The position numbers were made by a program, and so were the translations under genes. Source: Acidimicrobiia bacterium (GTDB taxonomy: Bacteria > Actinomycetota > Acidimicrobiia > Spongiisociales > UBA11373). From it: DNA of 64,000 nucleotides. Positions within the stretch are counted from its first letter, which is position 1. The number at the start of each line of letters is the position of its first letter. Where the stretch lies: contig JBKKBI010000045.1 of NCBI GenBank assembly GCA_046714175.1, forward strand, positions 200 through 64,199, in the 5' to 3' direction. Positions 37,215 to 48,132 of this stretch are shown here, one piece after another. Under the pieces are notes generated by a model. That model was given only the letters and a program-made list of their open reading frames with translations. It made no database searches and was not told the origin of the DNA.

Positions 37215-38028
37215 GTCTCCTCCTGAATTCGTCGGCGAGCGACCGGTAGGCCTTGGCCCCGATGCTCTTGGGATCGAACGACTCGATGGGTTCGCCAAAG
37301 GACGGTGCCTCGGCGAGTCGCACTACGCGTGGAATTACAGTATCGTAAGTAGTCTTACCGAAGTGGTCCCGAACCTGGGCTGTCACCTCGGCCGCCAGGG
37401 TCGTCCGGCGGTCGTACATGGTTATGACCGCGCCCTCTATCTTGAGTTGAGGGTTAAGGTTGGTCTGTATTGCCTGGATGCTGCGCAGTAGTTGCGTCAA
37501 GCCCTCGAGCGCGTAGTACTCGGCCTGAATCGGAATCAGCACCTCATTGGCTGCGGTGAGGGCGTTGACCGTGATCAACCCCAGGCTGGGAGGGCAGTCG
37601 ATGAACACCGTGGTGAACTTCTCCTGCATCTTGTCCACCGCGGCGGCGAGCACCCGCTCCCGGGAGTATCGCGCCACGAGCTCGATCTCGGCCGCGGCCA
37701 GGTCGATCGAGGACGGGATCACGAACAGACCCTTGGTTCCGGTGGGGAGCACCACCTCGTCGAGGGGCCGATCACCCATGAACACGTCGTAGATCGAGTG
37801 CTGCACGGTGCGCCGATCTACTCCCAGGCCGCTGGTGGCATTCGCCTGGGGGTCGGTGTCGATCACCAGCACCCGCTCCCCCTTGGCAACCAGGGCAGCA
37901 GCAAGATTCACGGTCGTCGTGGACTTGCCGACACCACCCTTTTGGTTGGCGACGGCCACCACGACGCCGTGGGAGCGCGTCGTCTTATTCACCAGCGCGC
38001 ATGATAAGGAGCCAGGCCGGACCGTCAA
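37201..38028 (-). CDS. parA: Chromosome partitioning ATPase ParA/Soj
   Basis: Deviant Walker A VANQKGGVGKSTT. ParA-type motifs throughout. The start is either 38028 or the GTG at 37992. Confidence 0.92.
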   Translation of the reverse strand: MTVRPGSLSCALVNKTTRSHGVVVAVANQKGGVGKSTTTVNLAAALVAKGERVLVIDTDPQANATSGLGVDRRTVQHSIYDVFMGDRPLDEVVLPTGTKGLFVIPSSIDLAAAEIELVARYSRERVLAAAVDKMQEKFTTVFIDCPPSLGLITVNALTAANEVLIPIQAEYYALEGLTQLLRSIQAIQTNLNPQLKIEGAVITMYDRRTTLAAEVTAQVRDHFGKTTYDTVIPRVVRLAEAPSFGEPIESFDPKSIGAKAYRSLADEFRRRHGRA

Positions 38029-38629
38029 GGATTCCGGGTGGTACTTCGGTCACCTTCATCCCCAAACCGAGTGCCTCCCCCACTCCGACCAGGTCCCGGG
38101 TGCGATCGGGGGGCTCGGGCCGGCGACTGAGGCCGAGAACTGCGGCGCCGTCGGGGGTGAGGAGTCGGGCCGCCAATCCTACCGCCTCCGGTGCCCGCAC
38201 CGACCCCCGGAAGGCGAGGCCCTGCCACTCATCGGCGACATCGAACACGTCGCCTTGGGCGACATGGACGTTGTCCAGACCGAGCACTTGGACTGCGCGC
38301 GTCAGGAGCCGGATCCTCCGCCCGCCCCGATCCAGCAATGTGACTGCAGTTCCCGGCCACAGAATGGCCAGCGGAACTCCGGGAAGGCCGACGCCGCTGC
38401 CGACGTCTAGAAGTTCTGCAGGGGGAGTGGGCCAGGCGGCGGCAAAGCTCAGCGCGTCGCCGATGTGCCGTCCCCAGATCCGAGGCGACTCCCGCGGGCC
38501 GAGGCCCCCGGCCGGAATCGCCTCGGCGATCAACCACGAGGCGAACTGCTCCAAGCGCACGGACCGTGCCGAATCGAGTGGATACCCCGCCCACGCCGCG
38601 GCGTTGGCGGCGAGATCGGGGGAGTCCAT
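37985..38629 (-). CDS. rsmG: 16S rRNA (guanine527-N7)-methyltransferase RsmG
   Basis: 214 aa. SAM motif LLDVGSGVGLPGVPLAI. Position upstream of parA. Confidence 0.88.
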   Translation of the reverse strand: MDSPDLAANAAAWAGYPLDSARSVRLEQFASWLIAEAIPAGGLGPRESPRIWGRHIGDALSFAAAWPTPPAELLDVGSGVGLPGVPLAILWPGTAVTLLDRGGRRIRLLTRAVQVLGLDNVHVAQGDVFDVADEWQGLAFRGSVRAPEAVGLAARLLTPDGAAVLGLSRRPEPPDRTRDLVGVGEALGLGMKVTEVPPGILDGPAWLLIMRAGE

Positions 38630-38641
38630 CTGCGGAGGTTA

Positions 38642-38738
38642 CCGGAACCCGGAGACCGGAAACCGGAGACCGGAAACGGAAACCGGAGACCGGAAGGACG
38701 GGAAGGAAGGGAAGGACGGAAACCGGAGACCGGTAACC
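38642..38738. repeat. Heptamer tandem array (CCGGAGA/CCGGAAA)x~13 with a degenerate GGAAGG centre, family A
   Basis: Sequence ccggaac ccggaga ccggaaa ccggaga ccggaaa cggaaa ccggaga ccggaag ... ccggaga ccggtaa. It starts 13 nt upstream of the rsmG start codon. Confidence 0.9.
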
Positions 38739-38743
38739 GCTAC

Positions 38744-38757
38744 GTTTCACGTGAAAC
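38744..38757. promoter_or_regulatory. parS centromere-like site (perfect palindrome GTTTCACGTGAAAC)
   Basis: Exact match to the actinobacterial parS consensus 14-mer. Confidence 0.9.
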
Positions 38758-38780
38758 GTGGTCGGCTCCGACCCCAGCCC

Positions 38781-38794
38781 GTTTCACGTGAAAC
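38781..38794. promoter_or_regulatory. parS centromere-like site (perfect palindrome GTTTCACGTGAAAC)
   Basis: A second exact copy, 37 bp from the first (start to start). Confidence 0.9.
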
Positions 38795-38822
38795 GCCGGT
38801 GTGGTTCATATGTGCCACAAAC

Positions 38823-38852
38823 AGAGTGCCGACCCTTGCGGGCCGGCACTCT
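38823..38852 (-). terminator. Terminator hairpin after jag (end of the rpmH-rnpA-yidD-yidC-jag operon)
   Basis: agagtgccgaccc / ttgc / gggccggcactct gives about 12 bp with one mismatch. On the minus strand it is followed by gtttgtgg. Confidence 0.6.
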
Positions 38853-38854
38853 GG

Positions 38855-38890
38855 TCGGGAAGCGGGTAGCGGGTCGCGGGTCGCGGGGTG
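38855..38890. repeat. Heptamer tandem array (GCGGGTM)x~4-5, family B
   Basis: Sequence gtcggga a gcgggta gcgggtc gcgggtc gcggggt. It ends 6 nt from the jag stop codon (38897-38899). Confidence 0.8.
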
Positions 38891-38896
38891 GCGTCC

Positions 38897-39772
38897 CTAC
38901 TCCGCAGCAATCACCACCGAGCGACGGGGCTCCTCGCCTTCGCTGAAGGAGCGTACGCCGTCGATCTCGGCCACGGTGTCGTGAACCACCTTGCGGTCGG
39001 CGGCATTCATCGCCTCGAGCATCACCTCGCCACCCTCGGCCTTGATCCGCTCGGCGAGCCGGGTGGTATAGATCCGGAGCGCCTCCCGGCGCCGCTCGGT
39101 GTAGCCGGCGATGTCGAGTCGGATCTTGGCCCCGTCCATCGTCTTGCGCTGGACGATGGTGCGACACAGCTCGAGAACCGCCTGGACTATGGCCCCCTTC
39201 GGTCCCACGAGGGCCTCGGTCTGCTCTCCGACGACTGCGATGTTGATCACCCCGTCCTCGATCCGCTCCTGAACCTCGCCCTCCAGGCCGAACGCGGCCA
39301 GGAGGCCTTCGAGGAACCTCCGGATGTCGGCCGATTGGTCCGGGATCGGGGTCTCCTCGCGGTCATCGTCTTCTCGGGCCGGGCGTTCCCGTGCCGGTGG
39401 GCGTTCGCTGCCCCGTCCCGGGGCGGTCCGGGCTCGCGATGAGGGTCGGGGACCAGAATTACGCGGTTGTGATTCGCGACTGGGCTGCTTAGGGGTTTCC
39501 GGGCGAGGAGTCTCGGCGGTCTTGGACCCCCGAGTCCCGCCGCCGTTACGCCCGCCGCGCCGGTTACGGCCCCCGTCGCGGCCGGATCGCTCCTTGCGCT
39601 TTACCCGAACTAGGGCATCTTGGCCACCGAGACCAAGAAAGCCCCGTTGCGGCTCCTGTATGACCTCGACATCGGCCTCATCGGCCGAGGTGAGGCCGAG
39701 TTCCGCCAGGGCAGCCTCGACAGCCTTCTCCACGCTCGGCCCCTGGACCTCGACCCATTCGAACGACGCCAT
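38897..39772 (-). CDS. Jag/KhpB-type RNA-binding protein (Jag_N, KH, R3H)
   Basis: Start MASFEWVEVQGPSVEKAVEAALAELG (ATG 39772). Arg/Gly/Pro-rich linker. C-terminal KH plus R3H (RKVVHDTVAEIDGVRSFSEGEEPRRSVVI). The 652-aa track ORF is a run-through into the yidC antisense frame. Confidence 0.88.
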   Translation of the reverse strand: MASFEWVEVQGPSVEKAVEAALAELGLTSADEADVEVIQEPQRGFLGLGGQDALVRVKRKERSGRDGGRNRRGGRNGGGTRGSKTAETPRPETPKQPSRESQPRNSGPRPSSRARTAPGRGSERPPARERPAREDDDREETPIPDQSADIRRFLEGLLAAFGLEGEVQERIEDGVINIAVVGEQTEALVGPKGAIVQAVLELCRTIVQRKTMDGAKIRLDIAGYTERRREALRIYTTRLAERIKAEGGEVMLEAMNAADRKVVHDTVAEIDGVRSFSEGEEPRRSVVIAAE

Positions 39773-39774
39773 CG

Positions 39775-40662
39775 CTAGTTCCTCCTCCGCTTCTTCCCCC
39801 GCTTCTTGGAGCCCTGGGGCCGGCGGGTCGACGGTGCAGTCGAGGCCGCTGGGGTATCCCCCGAGCCGGTGAGTCGCGGTGCCTGTGACGAACTGCCCTT
39901 GGGCTTCTCCTTGGGGGCAGCATCCCGCCGCTTGCCGTCCAGACCGAGAATCAGCGCTTGCTGACCGATCCGGAAGAGCTGGCTGGCGGCGAAGTAGACC
40001 ACCAGTCCGGCGGGAAGATTGAACGAGATGAAACCGAAGAAGAACGGGAAGATCTTCATCACCGCCTGCCCGGGGGCGGGGGGCTGGCCGGGCGGTTGCT
40101 TGGCCATGGTCTGCTTTTGCTGCCAGTAGGCGGTGAACACGACCACGGCGATGGTCAGCAAGTAAGGGATGGCCTTGATCACAGATCCATCGAATGATTC
40201 GCTGCTGCTCAGGGACTGACTGGGCGATACCGAGAGGTTCATCCAGAAGAAAGTGAGGCCCCGACCCGCCTCCAGAGCTGCCTCCAGGGCGCCGCCCTCG
40301 GTGGCGTAGTTGATGGGGTTGCGCAACACGTTGAACAGGGCGAACCACACCGGCATCTGGAGGATCAGAGGCAGGCATCCGGCGGCGGGATTGACTCCCC
40401 GCTCCTTGTACAAGGCCATCATTGCCTGCTGTTGAGCGGGCTTGTCGGTCTTGAATTCCTTTTGAATTCGCTTGATTTCGGGCTGAATCTCCTGCATCGC
40501 CTTCATCGAGCGGGTCTGCTTGAGGGTGAGCGGGAACAGCACCACCCCGATGGCGATGGTGAGCAGGATGATCGCCACCCCGAGGTTGGGGATCATCTCG
40601 TAGAAGAAACTCAGGGTGGCGCCGAGGAGGTCCTGGAGCCCGTTCCACAACGACGACATCAA
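39775..40662 (-). CDS. yidC: Membrane protein insertase YidC (short actinobacterial type)
   Basis: 295 aa. Contains [17 protein letters not shown] and [20 protein letters not shown]. Basic C-terminal tail. Confidence 0.92.
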   Translation of the reverse strand: MMSSLWNGLQDLLGATLSFFYEMIPNLGVAIILLTIAIGVVLFPLTLKQTRSMKAMQEIQPEIKRIQKEFKTDKPAQQQAMMALYKERGVNPAAGCLPLILQMPVWFALFNVLRNPINYATEGGALEAALEAGRGLTFFWMNLSVSPSQSLSSSESFDGSVIKAIPYLLTIAVVVFTAYWQQKQTMAKQPPGQPPAPGQAVMKIFPFFFGFISFNLPAGLVVYFAASQLFRIGQQALILGLDGKRRDAAPKEKPKGSSSQAPRLTGSGDTPAASTAPSTRRPQGSKKRGKKRRRN

Positions 40663-40982
40663 TTGACCTCCGTATCGAAGACCTGGCGGCGCGGTACTGG
40701 GTCGCTACCCCCGTCCCGCCATGGATGACACCGGCCCACCCGACGAATCCCCATCCAGGTGCCCCGAAGGGCTCCCCATTCGTCGATGGCCTCAAAGGCA
40801 TATTGGGAGCAGGAAGGCAGGTAGCGACATCGGGTCCCCAGCAGCGGAGAGACAACGGCCCGATAGCCGAGGATCAGGCGCTGCAGCCACCAACCGGGTT
40901 GCCAAGGCCGGGCGCGACCGGCCAAGGCGCTGCCGGGGGCGGCGCCATCGGCCTGTCGCCGCTTGCTGTCGTGCACACTCAC
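40659..40982 (-). CDS. yidD: Membrane protein insertion efficiency factor YidD
   Basis: Contains [49 protein letters not shown]. The GTG at 40982 overlaps the rnpA stop (GTGA). Confidence 0.85.
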   Translation of the reverse strand: MSVHDSKRRQADGAAPGSALAGRARPWQPGWWLQRLILGYRAVVSPLLGTRCRYLPSCSQYAFEAIDEWGALRGTWMGIRRVGRCHPWRDGGSDPVPRRQVFDTEVN

Positions 40983-41329
40983 TCCTCTGCCAGCGCCGCC
41001 TGCACCCATGACAGGACGGTCTCGAACCGGGCTCCTGCCACTGACCCATCCCCGCTCACGACGTAGTCGTGACCGGCCCGTAGCGGGAACCTGAGAACTG
41101 CGGCTCGCAGCCTCCGCTTGACCCGGTTGCGGTGCACGGCGGATCCCGCCGTGCGACCCGCCACGAAGGCGACCCGCGGAACGCCCGGGTCGCCGGCGGC
41201 GGCAAAGACCGTGATCCCGCCGACGCGACGCCGGATCCCGATCCGGCGCACCTTCCCGATGTCGGAGCTCCTCCGGAGCGATTTGTAGGGCGCCGCCCTA
41301 CGCCGAGAGTCGGCGGCGGCCCTTGTCAC
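40979..41329 (-). CDS. rnpA: Ribonuclease P protein component
   Basis: Contains [12 protein letters not shown]...[23 protein letters not shown], with the RNR motif. The start is uncertain and overlaps the rpmH 3' end. Confidence 0.85.
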   Translation of the reverse strand: MTRAAADSRRRAAPYKSLRRSSDIGKVRRIGIRRRVGGITVFAAAGDPGVPRVAFVAGRTAGSAVHRNRVKRRLRAAVLRFPLRAGHDYVVSGDGSVAGARFETVLSWVQAALAEE

Positions 41330-41432
41330 GACGTGACTTGAGGACGGCGCGTCCGGCCCGCGTCCTCATTCGGAGGCGGAAGCCGTGGCGCCGCTTGCGG
41401 CGTCGGACATTCGGTTGAAACGTGCGCTTCAT
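41298..41432 (-). CDS. rpmH: 50S ribosomal protein L34
   Basis: [44 protein letters not shown], 44 aa, from the ATG at 41432. The track ORF is over-extended to 41897. Confidence 0.95.
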   Translation of the reverse strand: MKRTFQPNVRRRKRRHGFRLRMRTRAGRAVLKSRRDKGRRRLSA

Positions 41433-41585
41433 GGAGGGCCCCGAGGAAGAGAGGGTGCGTCGGGGAGCGAGGTTACGAACCCTGCCTCCCGTTGTCAAAG
41501 GTGGCGCCAGGCTCACCGGCGACAAGACGCGAAGAAACCCACTGGATCGCGAAAGATGGCGCAACGCCGGGTTCGCCCACAGGAG

Positions 41586-41680
41586 ATGTCCACAGTGGGG
41601 GCGAACGCGAAAACCAGACCCGGAAACCGTTGCCCGGCAACGTGTCGACCGCCGCGGCCTTCCGCGTCGGGAGTGGATAA
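41586..41680. promoter_or_regulatory. DnaA-box-like sites in the rpmH-dnaA spacer
   Basis: aTGTCCACA at 41586-41594. agtggataa at 41672-41680 is the reverse complement of TTATCCACt. Confidence 0.6.
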
Positions 41681-41821
41681 GCCGCGATTTCACCGTCTTG
41701 TGGGGCTGCGGAACCGTTTCATATACTCGCCCGTCACCGGATGCCCCACCGGTCACTTCCTCGACAGGGTCCGGCGGCGCGCTGGAGCGGTCACCGAGGG
41801 GCGAGAACGGGAAAAGCATCA

Positions 41822-41853
41822 TTCTCCACAGTTGTGGACACCACTGTGGAGAA
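41822..41853. promoter_or_regulatory. Near-palindromic triple DnaA-box cluster at the dnaA start region
   Basis: ttctccaca gt tgtggacac cac tgtggagaa. The outer boxes are exact inverted copies of TTCTCCACA. The central box is the reverse complement of gTGTCCACA. Confidence 0.65.
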
Positions 41854-43249
41854 CCTCTTGGAAGCGGTCGAGGGAGTGAGGGAGGACGTGGAGGCACATC
41901 CCGCCGCCGGGGACTGGGAACAGTTCCGGCAAATCTTGCGTGGTCGCGTAACGCCCGTCACCTGGCGGGCCTGGTTGGAAAGCCTGGTACTGGAGAGCGG
42001 CGATGGCGCCGCGCTGCGCATCGTCGCCCCCAGCGAATTCCATCTTCGCTGGGTCAACGACAAGTACCGCGAGCTCATCGAGGAGGTGGCGCGGATCGCC
42101 TTCGGAGATGGTGCCGTGGTCGATCTGGCCGCCGCCGACGGGCAGGCGTTCGAGGGGCCGATCGTCGACGACGAACCCGAGCCGGAACCCACACCGGTAA
42201 CCGCTACGGCCCACCCCGAGACCGGGCGCCTGGTGCCCAAGTACTCCTTCGAGAACTTCGTCGTCGGTCAGAGCAATCGCTTCGCCCACGCCGCCGCCAT
42301 GGCGATCGCCGAACAGCCCGGGGGCAACTACAACCCGCTGTTCGTCTTCGGCGGTGCCGGCTTGGGCAAGACCCACCTGCTGCAGGCCATCGCCCAGCAC
42401 GCTCATGACCTCAACCCCAGGCTCGAGATCATCTATCTCAGCTCGGAGGCGTTCTTCAACCACTTCATCGAGGGGATCCGCAAGAAGCGGATGGACGAGT
42501 TCAAGGCCCGGTATCGCGGGGTCGACCTGCTCCTATTGGACGATGTCCAGTTCCTGGAAGGCAAGGAACAGATACTGGAGGAGTTCTTCCATACGTTCAA
42601 CTCGCTGTACGAAGCCGGCAAGCAGTTGGTGTTCTCCGCCGACCGGCCACCAAAGAGCCTCAGCAGCCTCGAGGATCGCATCCGGAGCCGATTCGAGTGG
42701 GGGCTGACCACCGACATCCAGCCGCCCGATGTGGAGACCCGGTTGGCGATCCTGCGCAAGAACGCCGCCTTCGCCCCCCAGGAGGTGCCGCAGCCCGTGC
42801 TGGGGTTCATCGCCAGCCGCGTCGTCGACAACATCCGCGAACTGGAAGGCGCCCTCACTCGGGTCACGGCATATGCCGCGCTCACCCACCAACCCATCGA
42901 CCTGGAGATGGCCGAGGACGTGCTGCAAGATCTCGGCCCCGCCCACCAGACGGTGCCAATAAGTCCCGGGCGGATCCTTGCGGCCACAGCAGAGTCGTTC
43001 GGGGTCTCGATCGTGGAACTCGAGGGGCCGAGCCGCCGGCAGCCCCTGGCGCGGGCGCGCCAGGTCTCCATGTACTTGTGCCGAGAGCTGACCGACCTCT
43101 CCCTACCCAAGATCGGGGGACTCTTCGGAGGACGCGACCACACCACGGTGATCCACGGAGTGAGCACGGTCGGCAAGCTCATGAAGACCGACCCCACCCT
43201 GTTCGATCGTGTCACTGCCCTGTTGCAAAGTCTGCGGAGAACTTCGTGA
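41834..43249 (+). CDS. dnaA: Chromosomal replication initiator protein DnaA
   Basis: Domain III Walker [17 protein letters not shown], box VII/sensor motifs, and domain [11 protein letters not shown]. The start is uncertain: in-frame candidates are ATG 41741 and GTG 41834, 41846, 41888. Confidence 0.93.
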   Translation: MDTTVENLLEAVEGVREDVEAHPAAGDWEQFRQILRGRVTPVTWRAWLESLVLESGDGAALRIVAPSEFHLRWVNDKYRELIEEVARIAFGDGAVVDLAAADGQAFEGPIVDDEPEPEPTPVTATAHPETGRLVPKYSFENFVVGQSNRFAHAAAMAIAEQPGGNYNPLFVFGGAGLGKTHLLQAIAQHAHDLNPRLEIIYLSSEAFFNHFIEGIRKKRMDEFKARYRGVDLLLLDDVQFLEGKEQILEEFFHTFNSLYEAGKQLVFSADRPPKSLSSLEDRIRSRFEWGLTTDIQPPDVETRLAILRKNAAFAPQEVPQPVLGFIASRVVDNIRELEGALTRVTAYAALTHQPIDLEMAEDVLQDLGPAHQTVPISPGRILAATAESFGVSIVELEGPSRRQPLARARQVSMYLCRELTDLSLPKIGGLFGGRDHTTVIHGVSTVGKLMKTDPTLFDRVTALLQSLRRTS

Positions 43250-43437
43250 ACCATCAACAGCCGCGTCGCGGGGGTCGCCCCCCTGTGGATGACTGCCCTC
43301 GCTCGTCCCCAGGCTGGGGGCGGACGAAAGGCACCCCCACTAGGCGCGACGCGATCTTCTCCACAATCCACAGCGTCTACTACTGCAACTGTCTTCTAAT
43401 TTCATTCCAAGAGTCGTAGGAGAGAAAGGCCCCCCCT
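43250..43437. other. Probable oriC core (dnaA-dnaN spacer with DnaA boxes and a relatively AT-rich segment)
   Basis: tgtggatga at 43284-43292 is the reverse complement of TcATCCACA. TTCTCCACA lies at 43357-43365, directly followed by ATCCACA at 43366-43372. The AT-enriched stretch tactactgcaactgtcttctaatttcattccaagag lies at about 43378-43415. Confidence 0.65.
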
Positions 43438-44517
43438 GTGCGCATCCGAGCCGAACGAGACGATCTCGTCGACGTCCTCAGCCGGGCGGGGCGTGCCGTT
43501 GGGGCGCGCACCGCGCTCCCGATCCTGCAGGGCCTGTTGGTCGAGGTGACAGGCAAGACGATGCGGGTCACCGGTACCGACCTCGATGTCACGGTGCGTA
43601 CCGAACTCGAGGTGGAGGTTCTCTCCGGGGGCACGACCGTCGTGCCGGCGCGGCTGGCTGCCGAAGCCGTTCGCAAACTCCCCCCCGGGGCCGTGACCTT
43701 CCAGGCCGAAGCGGGGGAGATCGAGATCAGCGGCGGGGGGCCGGTGTTTCGCTTCCGCGAATACGCGGCCAGCGACTTCCCCAAGCTGCCGGAACCCGTG
43801 CTCAAGGCCGCCGTGCCCGTCGACGGGGCCGCCTTCGTCGATGCGGTGGCCCAGGTGTCGGTGGCCGCATCCACCGACGACGCGCGGCCTGTGCTCACCG
43901 GGGTGTTCTTCGAGACGGAGTCGGGCCGGTTGCGTCTTGTCGCCACGGACTCCTACCGCCTCGCGGTGCGGGACGTCCCCGCGGTAGAAGCCGCGCTCGC
44001 GGGGTTGGTGCCAGTGCGGGCACTGAAGGAGATCGCTCGTACGGTGTCGGCGGGCAAACTCAAGGTGGCGGTGGGCGACCGCGAGGCCGCTTTTGCCTCG
44101 GATCGCGGGGTGCTCACAGCGCGGCTCATCGAGGGCAGCTTCCCCAACTACCGCCAGCTGATCCCGGCGACATATCCGAATCGCCTCACCATTCCCCGCC
44201 AGGCACTTCTTGATGCCATCGACCGCGCATCGCTCGTCGCCGAGGATCACATCCCGATCCGTATCACCTTGCAAAAGGGCGGCATCGAACTCAGCGTGAC
44301 CCGCCAGGACGTGGGCGGGGAGACCGAACACGTCGCCTCCGAGTACAACGGCGAAGAAATGACGATCGCGTTCAACAGTAGGTACCTCAACGACGGGGTG
44401 TTGGCGATTCCGGAGGAGACCATCGTCCTCGACGTGCTCGACCCGCTCAAGCCGGGTGTGTTGCGCGGAGCCGAGGGCACTGACTTCCTCTATCTGCTGA
44501 TGCCGGTGCGCCTGTAG
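43438..44517 (+). CDS. dnaN: DNA polymerase III subunit beta (sliding clamp)
   Basis: 359 aa. GTG start after AGGAGAG. Contains ATDSYRLAVR, LIEGSFPNYRQLIP and a conserved MPVRL C-terminus. Confidence 0.93.
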   Translation: MRIRAERDDLVDVLSRAGRAVGARTALPILQGLLVEVTGKTMRVTGTDLDVTVRTELEVEVLSGGTTVVPARLAAEAVRKLPPGAVTFQAEAGEIEISGGGPVFRFREYAASDFPKLPEPVLKAAVPVDGAAFVDAVAQVSVAASTDDARPVLTGVFFETESGRLRLVATDSYRLAVRDVPAVEAALAGLVPVRALKEIARTVSAGKLKVAVGDREAAFASDRGVLTARLIEGSFPNYRQLIPATYPNRLTIPRQALLDAIDRASLVAEDHIPIRITLQKGGIELSVTRQDVGGETEHVASEYNGEEMTIAFNSRYLNDGVLAIPEETIVLDVLDPLKPGVLRGAEGTDFLYLLMPVRL

Positions 44518-44525
44518 GAGGGGCG

Positions 44526-45629
44526 GTGCGCCTCTCCTGGATCGAGCTCACAGACTTTCGGTGCCATCACGCGCTGCGGGTGGAACCGGACCCCGAGGTC
44601 AACGTCTTCATCGGCGACAACGGATCGGGCAAGACCTCGCTCCTGGAGGCCGTCGGGTATCTCGCCACCCTGACGTCCTTCCGTCGTTCACCAGATGCAG
44701 CCCTGATAAGACAAGGCGCCGCGGCGGCACTCGTGCGTGGGTCCTTCGCCGCCGCGGGCGTCGAGACGGTGATCGAAGTCGAGATCCCCGAGGAGGGCCG
44801 GAGGCGGGTCCTGCTCAACGGAAAGCGCGTCACGGGTCGGTCCGCGATCGCCGCAGTAGTCGCTCTGGTGGCGTTTCTTCCCGACGATCTCGACTTGGTC
44901 AAACAGGGTCCGGCCTTCCGGCGCGACTACCTCGATGACCTCGCTGCGCAGATGTGGCCGGGAGCGGCCTCCGAGCAGGCAGACTTCGCGCGAGTGCTGA
45001 AGCAGCGCAACGCTCTCCTGCGCCAGGAGGGACGGAGTGCCGATGCAACGACGTTGGACGCACTCGATGAGACCCTTTGCCGCGAGGGGGGCCGGGTGCT
45101 GGCGCGTCGCCTCGCCGCCGCGGCGCTGATCACATCCCCGCTGCAGAGCCTCTATGCCGAACTGGGCGACGCCCCCGCTGCGATCGGTTTCGACTACGAA
45201 GCCGCCGGGTTGGGACCGCCGCCCGCTGACGCCGGCGCCGATGCCCTGGCCGCACTCTTGGCCCCGGCGGTAGCTGCGGCGCGCCGCCGCGATCAGGAGC
45301 GAGGACTGACGACCGTGGGACCGCATCGTGACGACGTGTCCCTGATGCTCGACGGGCGCGATGCCCGCACGCGCGCCAGCCAGGGGGAACAACGGTCATT
45401 GGCACTCGGGATGCGCCTCGCCGCGTATCGGGCGATCGCGGCGCGTCGGGACACAGAACCGCTGCTTCTCCTCGACGACGTCTTCAGCGAGCTCGACCCG
45501 GGACGCAGCCAACGACTGGTGGAGCGGCTGCCCGGTGGTCAAGTCTTTGTGACCTCGGCACGAAGTGAAGAAGTCCCGCTGGTGGGGACCAGGTGGCGAG
45601 TGCTGCGGAAGGGGGTGGCACGGGAATGA
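44526..45629 (+). CDS. recF: DNA replication/repair protein RecF
   Basis: 367 aa. Contains FIGDNGSGKTSLLEAV, signature SQGEQRSLAL and LLLDDVFSELD. Confidence 0.92.
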   Translation: MRLSWIELTDFRCHHALRVEPDPEVNVFIGDNGSGKTSLLEAVGYLATLTSFRRSPDAALIRQGAAAALVRGSFAAAGVETVIEVEIPEEGRRRVLLNGKRVTGRSAIAAVVALVAFLPDDLDLVKQGPAFRRDYLDDLAAQMWPGAASEQADFARVLKQRNALLRQEGRSADATTLDALDETLCREGGRVLARRLAAAALITSPLQSLYAELGDAPAAIGFDYEAAGLGPPPADAGADALAALLAPAVAAARRRDQERGLTTVGPHRDDVSLMLDGRDARTRASQGEQRSLALGMRLAAYRAIAARRDTEPLLLLDDVFSELDPGRSQRLVERLPGGQVFVTSARSEEVPLVGTRWRVLRKGVARE

Positions 45630-45937
45630 CCGACGACTTGAAACCGATCGGATCCGGATTGGAGCGGCTGTTGCGCGACATGGGAATGCCACGGCTGGTC
45701 GACATCGCCAGCCTCGCCGACGAGTGGGCCGAAGCGGCCGGGGAGCCATTCGCCGGCCTCTCCCGGCCCGCCTCCTATCGCGCCGGGGAACTGGTTCTGG
45801 TGGTGGCAGATGGGGCGGCCGCCAGCCTCCTCAAGTACCGGATTGGCGACCTGGTGGCACGCCTCGGAGAGCGGTACGGACCGGGTGCGGTGACCTCCGT
45901 CCGGCTCCGGGTCGGGGGGGCGAAAAAGGGCCTCTGA
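45626..45937 (+). CDS. DUF721 domain protein (DciA-like, position of mycobacterial Rv0004)
   Basis: The ATG at 45626 overlaps the recF stop (ATGA). Contains WAEAAGEPFAGLSRPASYRAGELVLVVADGAAASLLKY, typical of DUF721. Confidence 0.8.
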   Translation: MTDDLKPIGSGLERLLRDMGMPRLVDIASLADEWAEAAGEPFAGLSRPASYRAGELVLVVADGAAASLLKYRIGDLVARLGERYGPGAVTSVRLRVGGAKKGL

Positions 45938-46080
45938 CCAGGGGTTTTACCCTGCCCCAGAGGCCGGATTGTGTCCGCTTCGGGACTAAGATCACATGGA
46001 TGTCGGCAGCAGTTGGTACGGGCTTCGACCCGGTGCCATCCGGTGTCGTACCGAACCCGTTTCACGGTGCGTCCGGATAG

Positions 46081-48018
<1,938 letters not shown>

Positions 48019-48023
48019 TGACT

Positions 48024-48058
48024 CGCGACCCGCGACCCGCGACCCGCTCCCCGCAAGA
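48024..48058. repeat. Heptamer tandem array (CGCGACC)x3 plus 2 degenerate units, family B in reverse orientation (GACCCGC)
   Basis: Sequence cgcgacc cgcgacc cgcgacc cgctccc cgcaaga. It starts 6 nt after the gyrB TAA stop. Confidence 0.85.
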
Positions 48059-48097
48059 TCGCGTTACAGCGCTCACTTGGCGTCGGGCTTGGGTCTG

Positions 48098-48125
48098 GCG
48101 GGAAGCGGGTAGCGGGCAGCGGGCA
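48098..48125. repeat. Heptamer tandem array (GCGGGNA)x4, family B, inverted relative to 48024..48058
   Basis: Sequence gcgggaa gcgggta gcgggca gcgggca. It ends 8 nt before the gyrA start. Confidence 0.85.
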
Positions 48126-48132
48126 GCCTGCA

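Noticed and set aside
38897-40855. A 652-aa ORF spanning jag and the yidC region as a single large protein.
   Set aside because: Only the C-terminal 291 aa (from MASFEWVEV) look like a real protein (Jag/KhpB). The N-terminal part is an alternate-frame read-through of yidC and yidD.
42193-42208. A 16-nt identity (accggtaaccgctacg) between the dnaA domain-II linker and the end of the family-A array at 38729-38744. The surrounding dnaA sequence (ccggaac...ccggtaa...cgagaccgg) resembles the repeat family, hinting that repeat DNA was recruited into the DnaA linker.
   Set aside because: About one exact 16-mer match is expected by chance within a window of this size, and more given the GC bias. A 7-nt period cannot be maintained in frame. 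I kept it only as a curiosity to test with more genomes.
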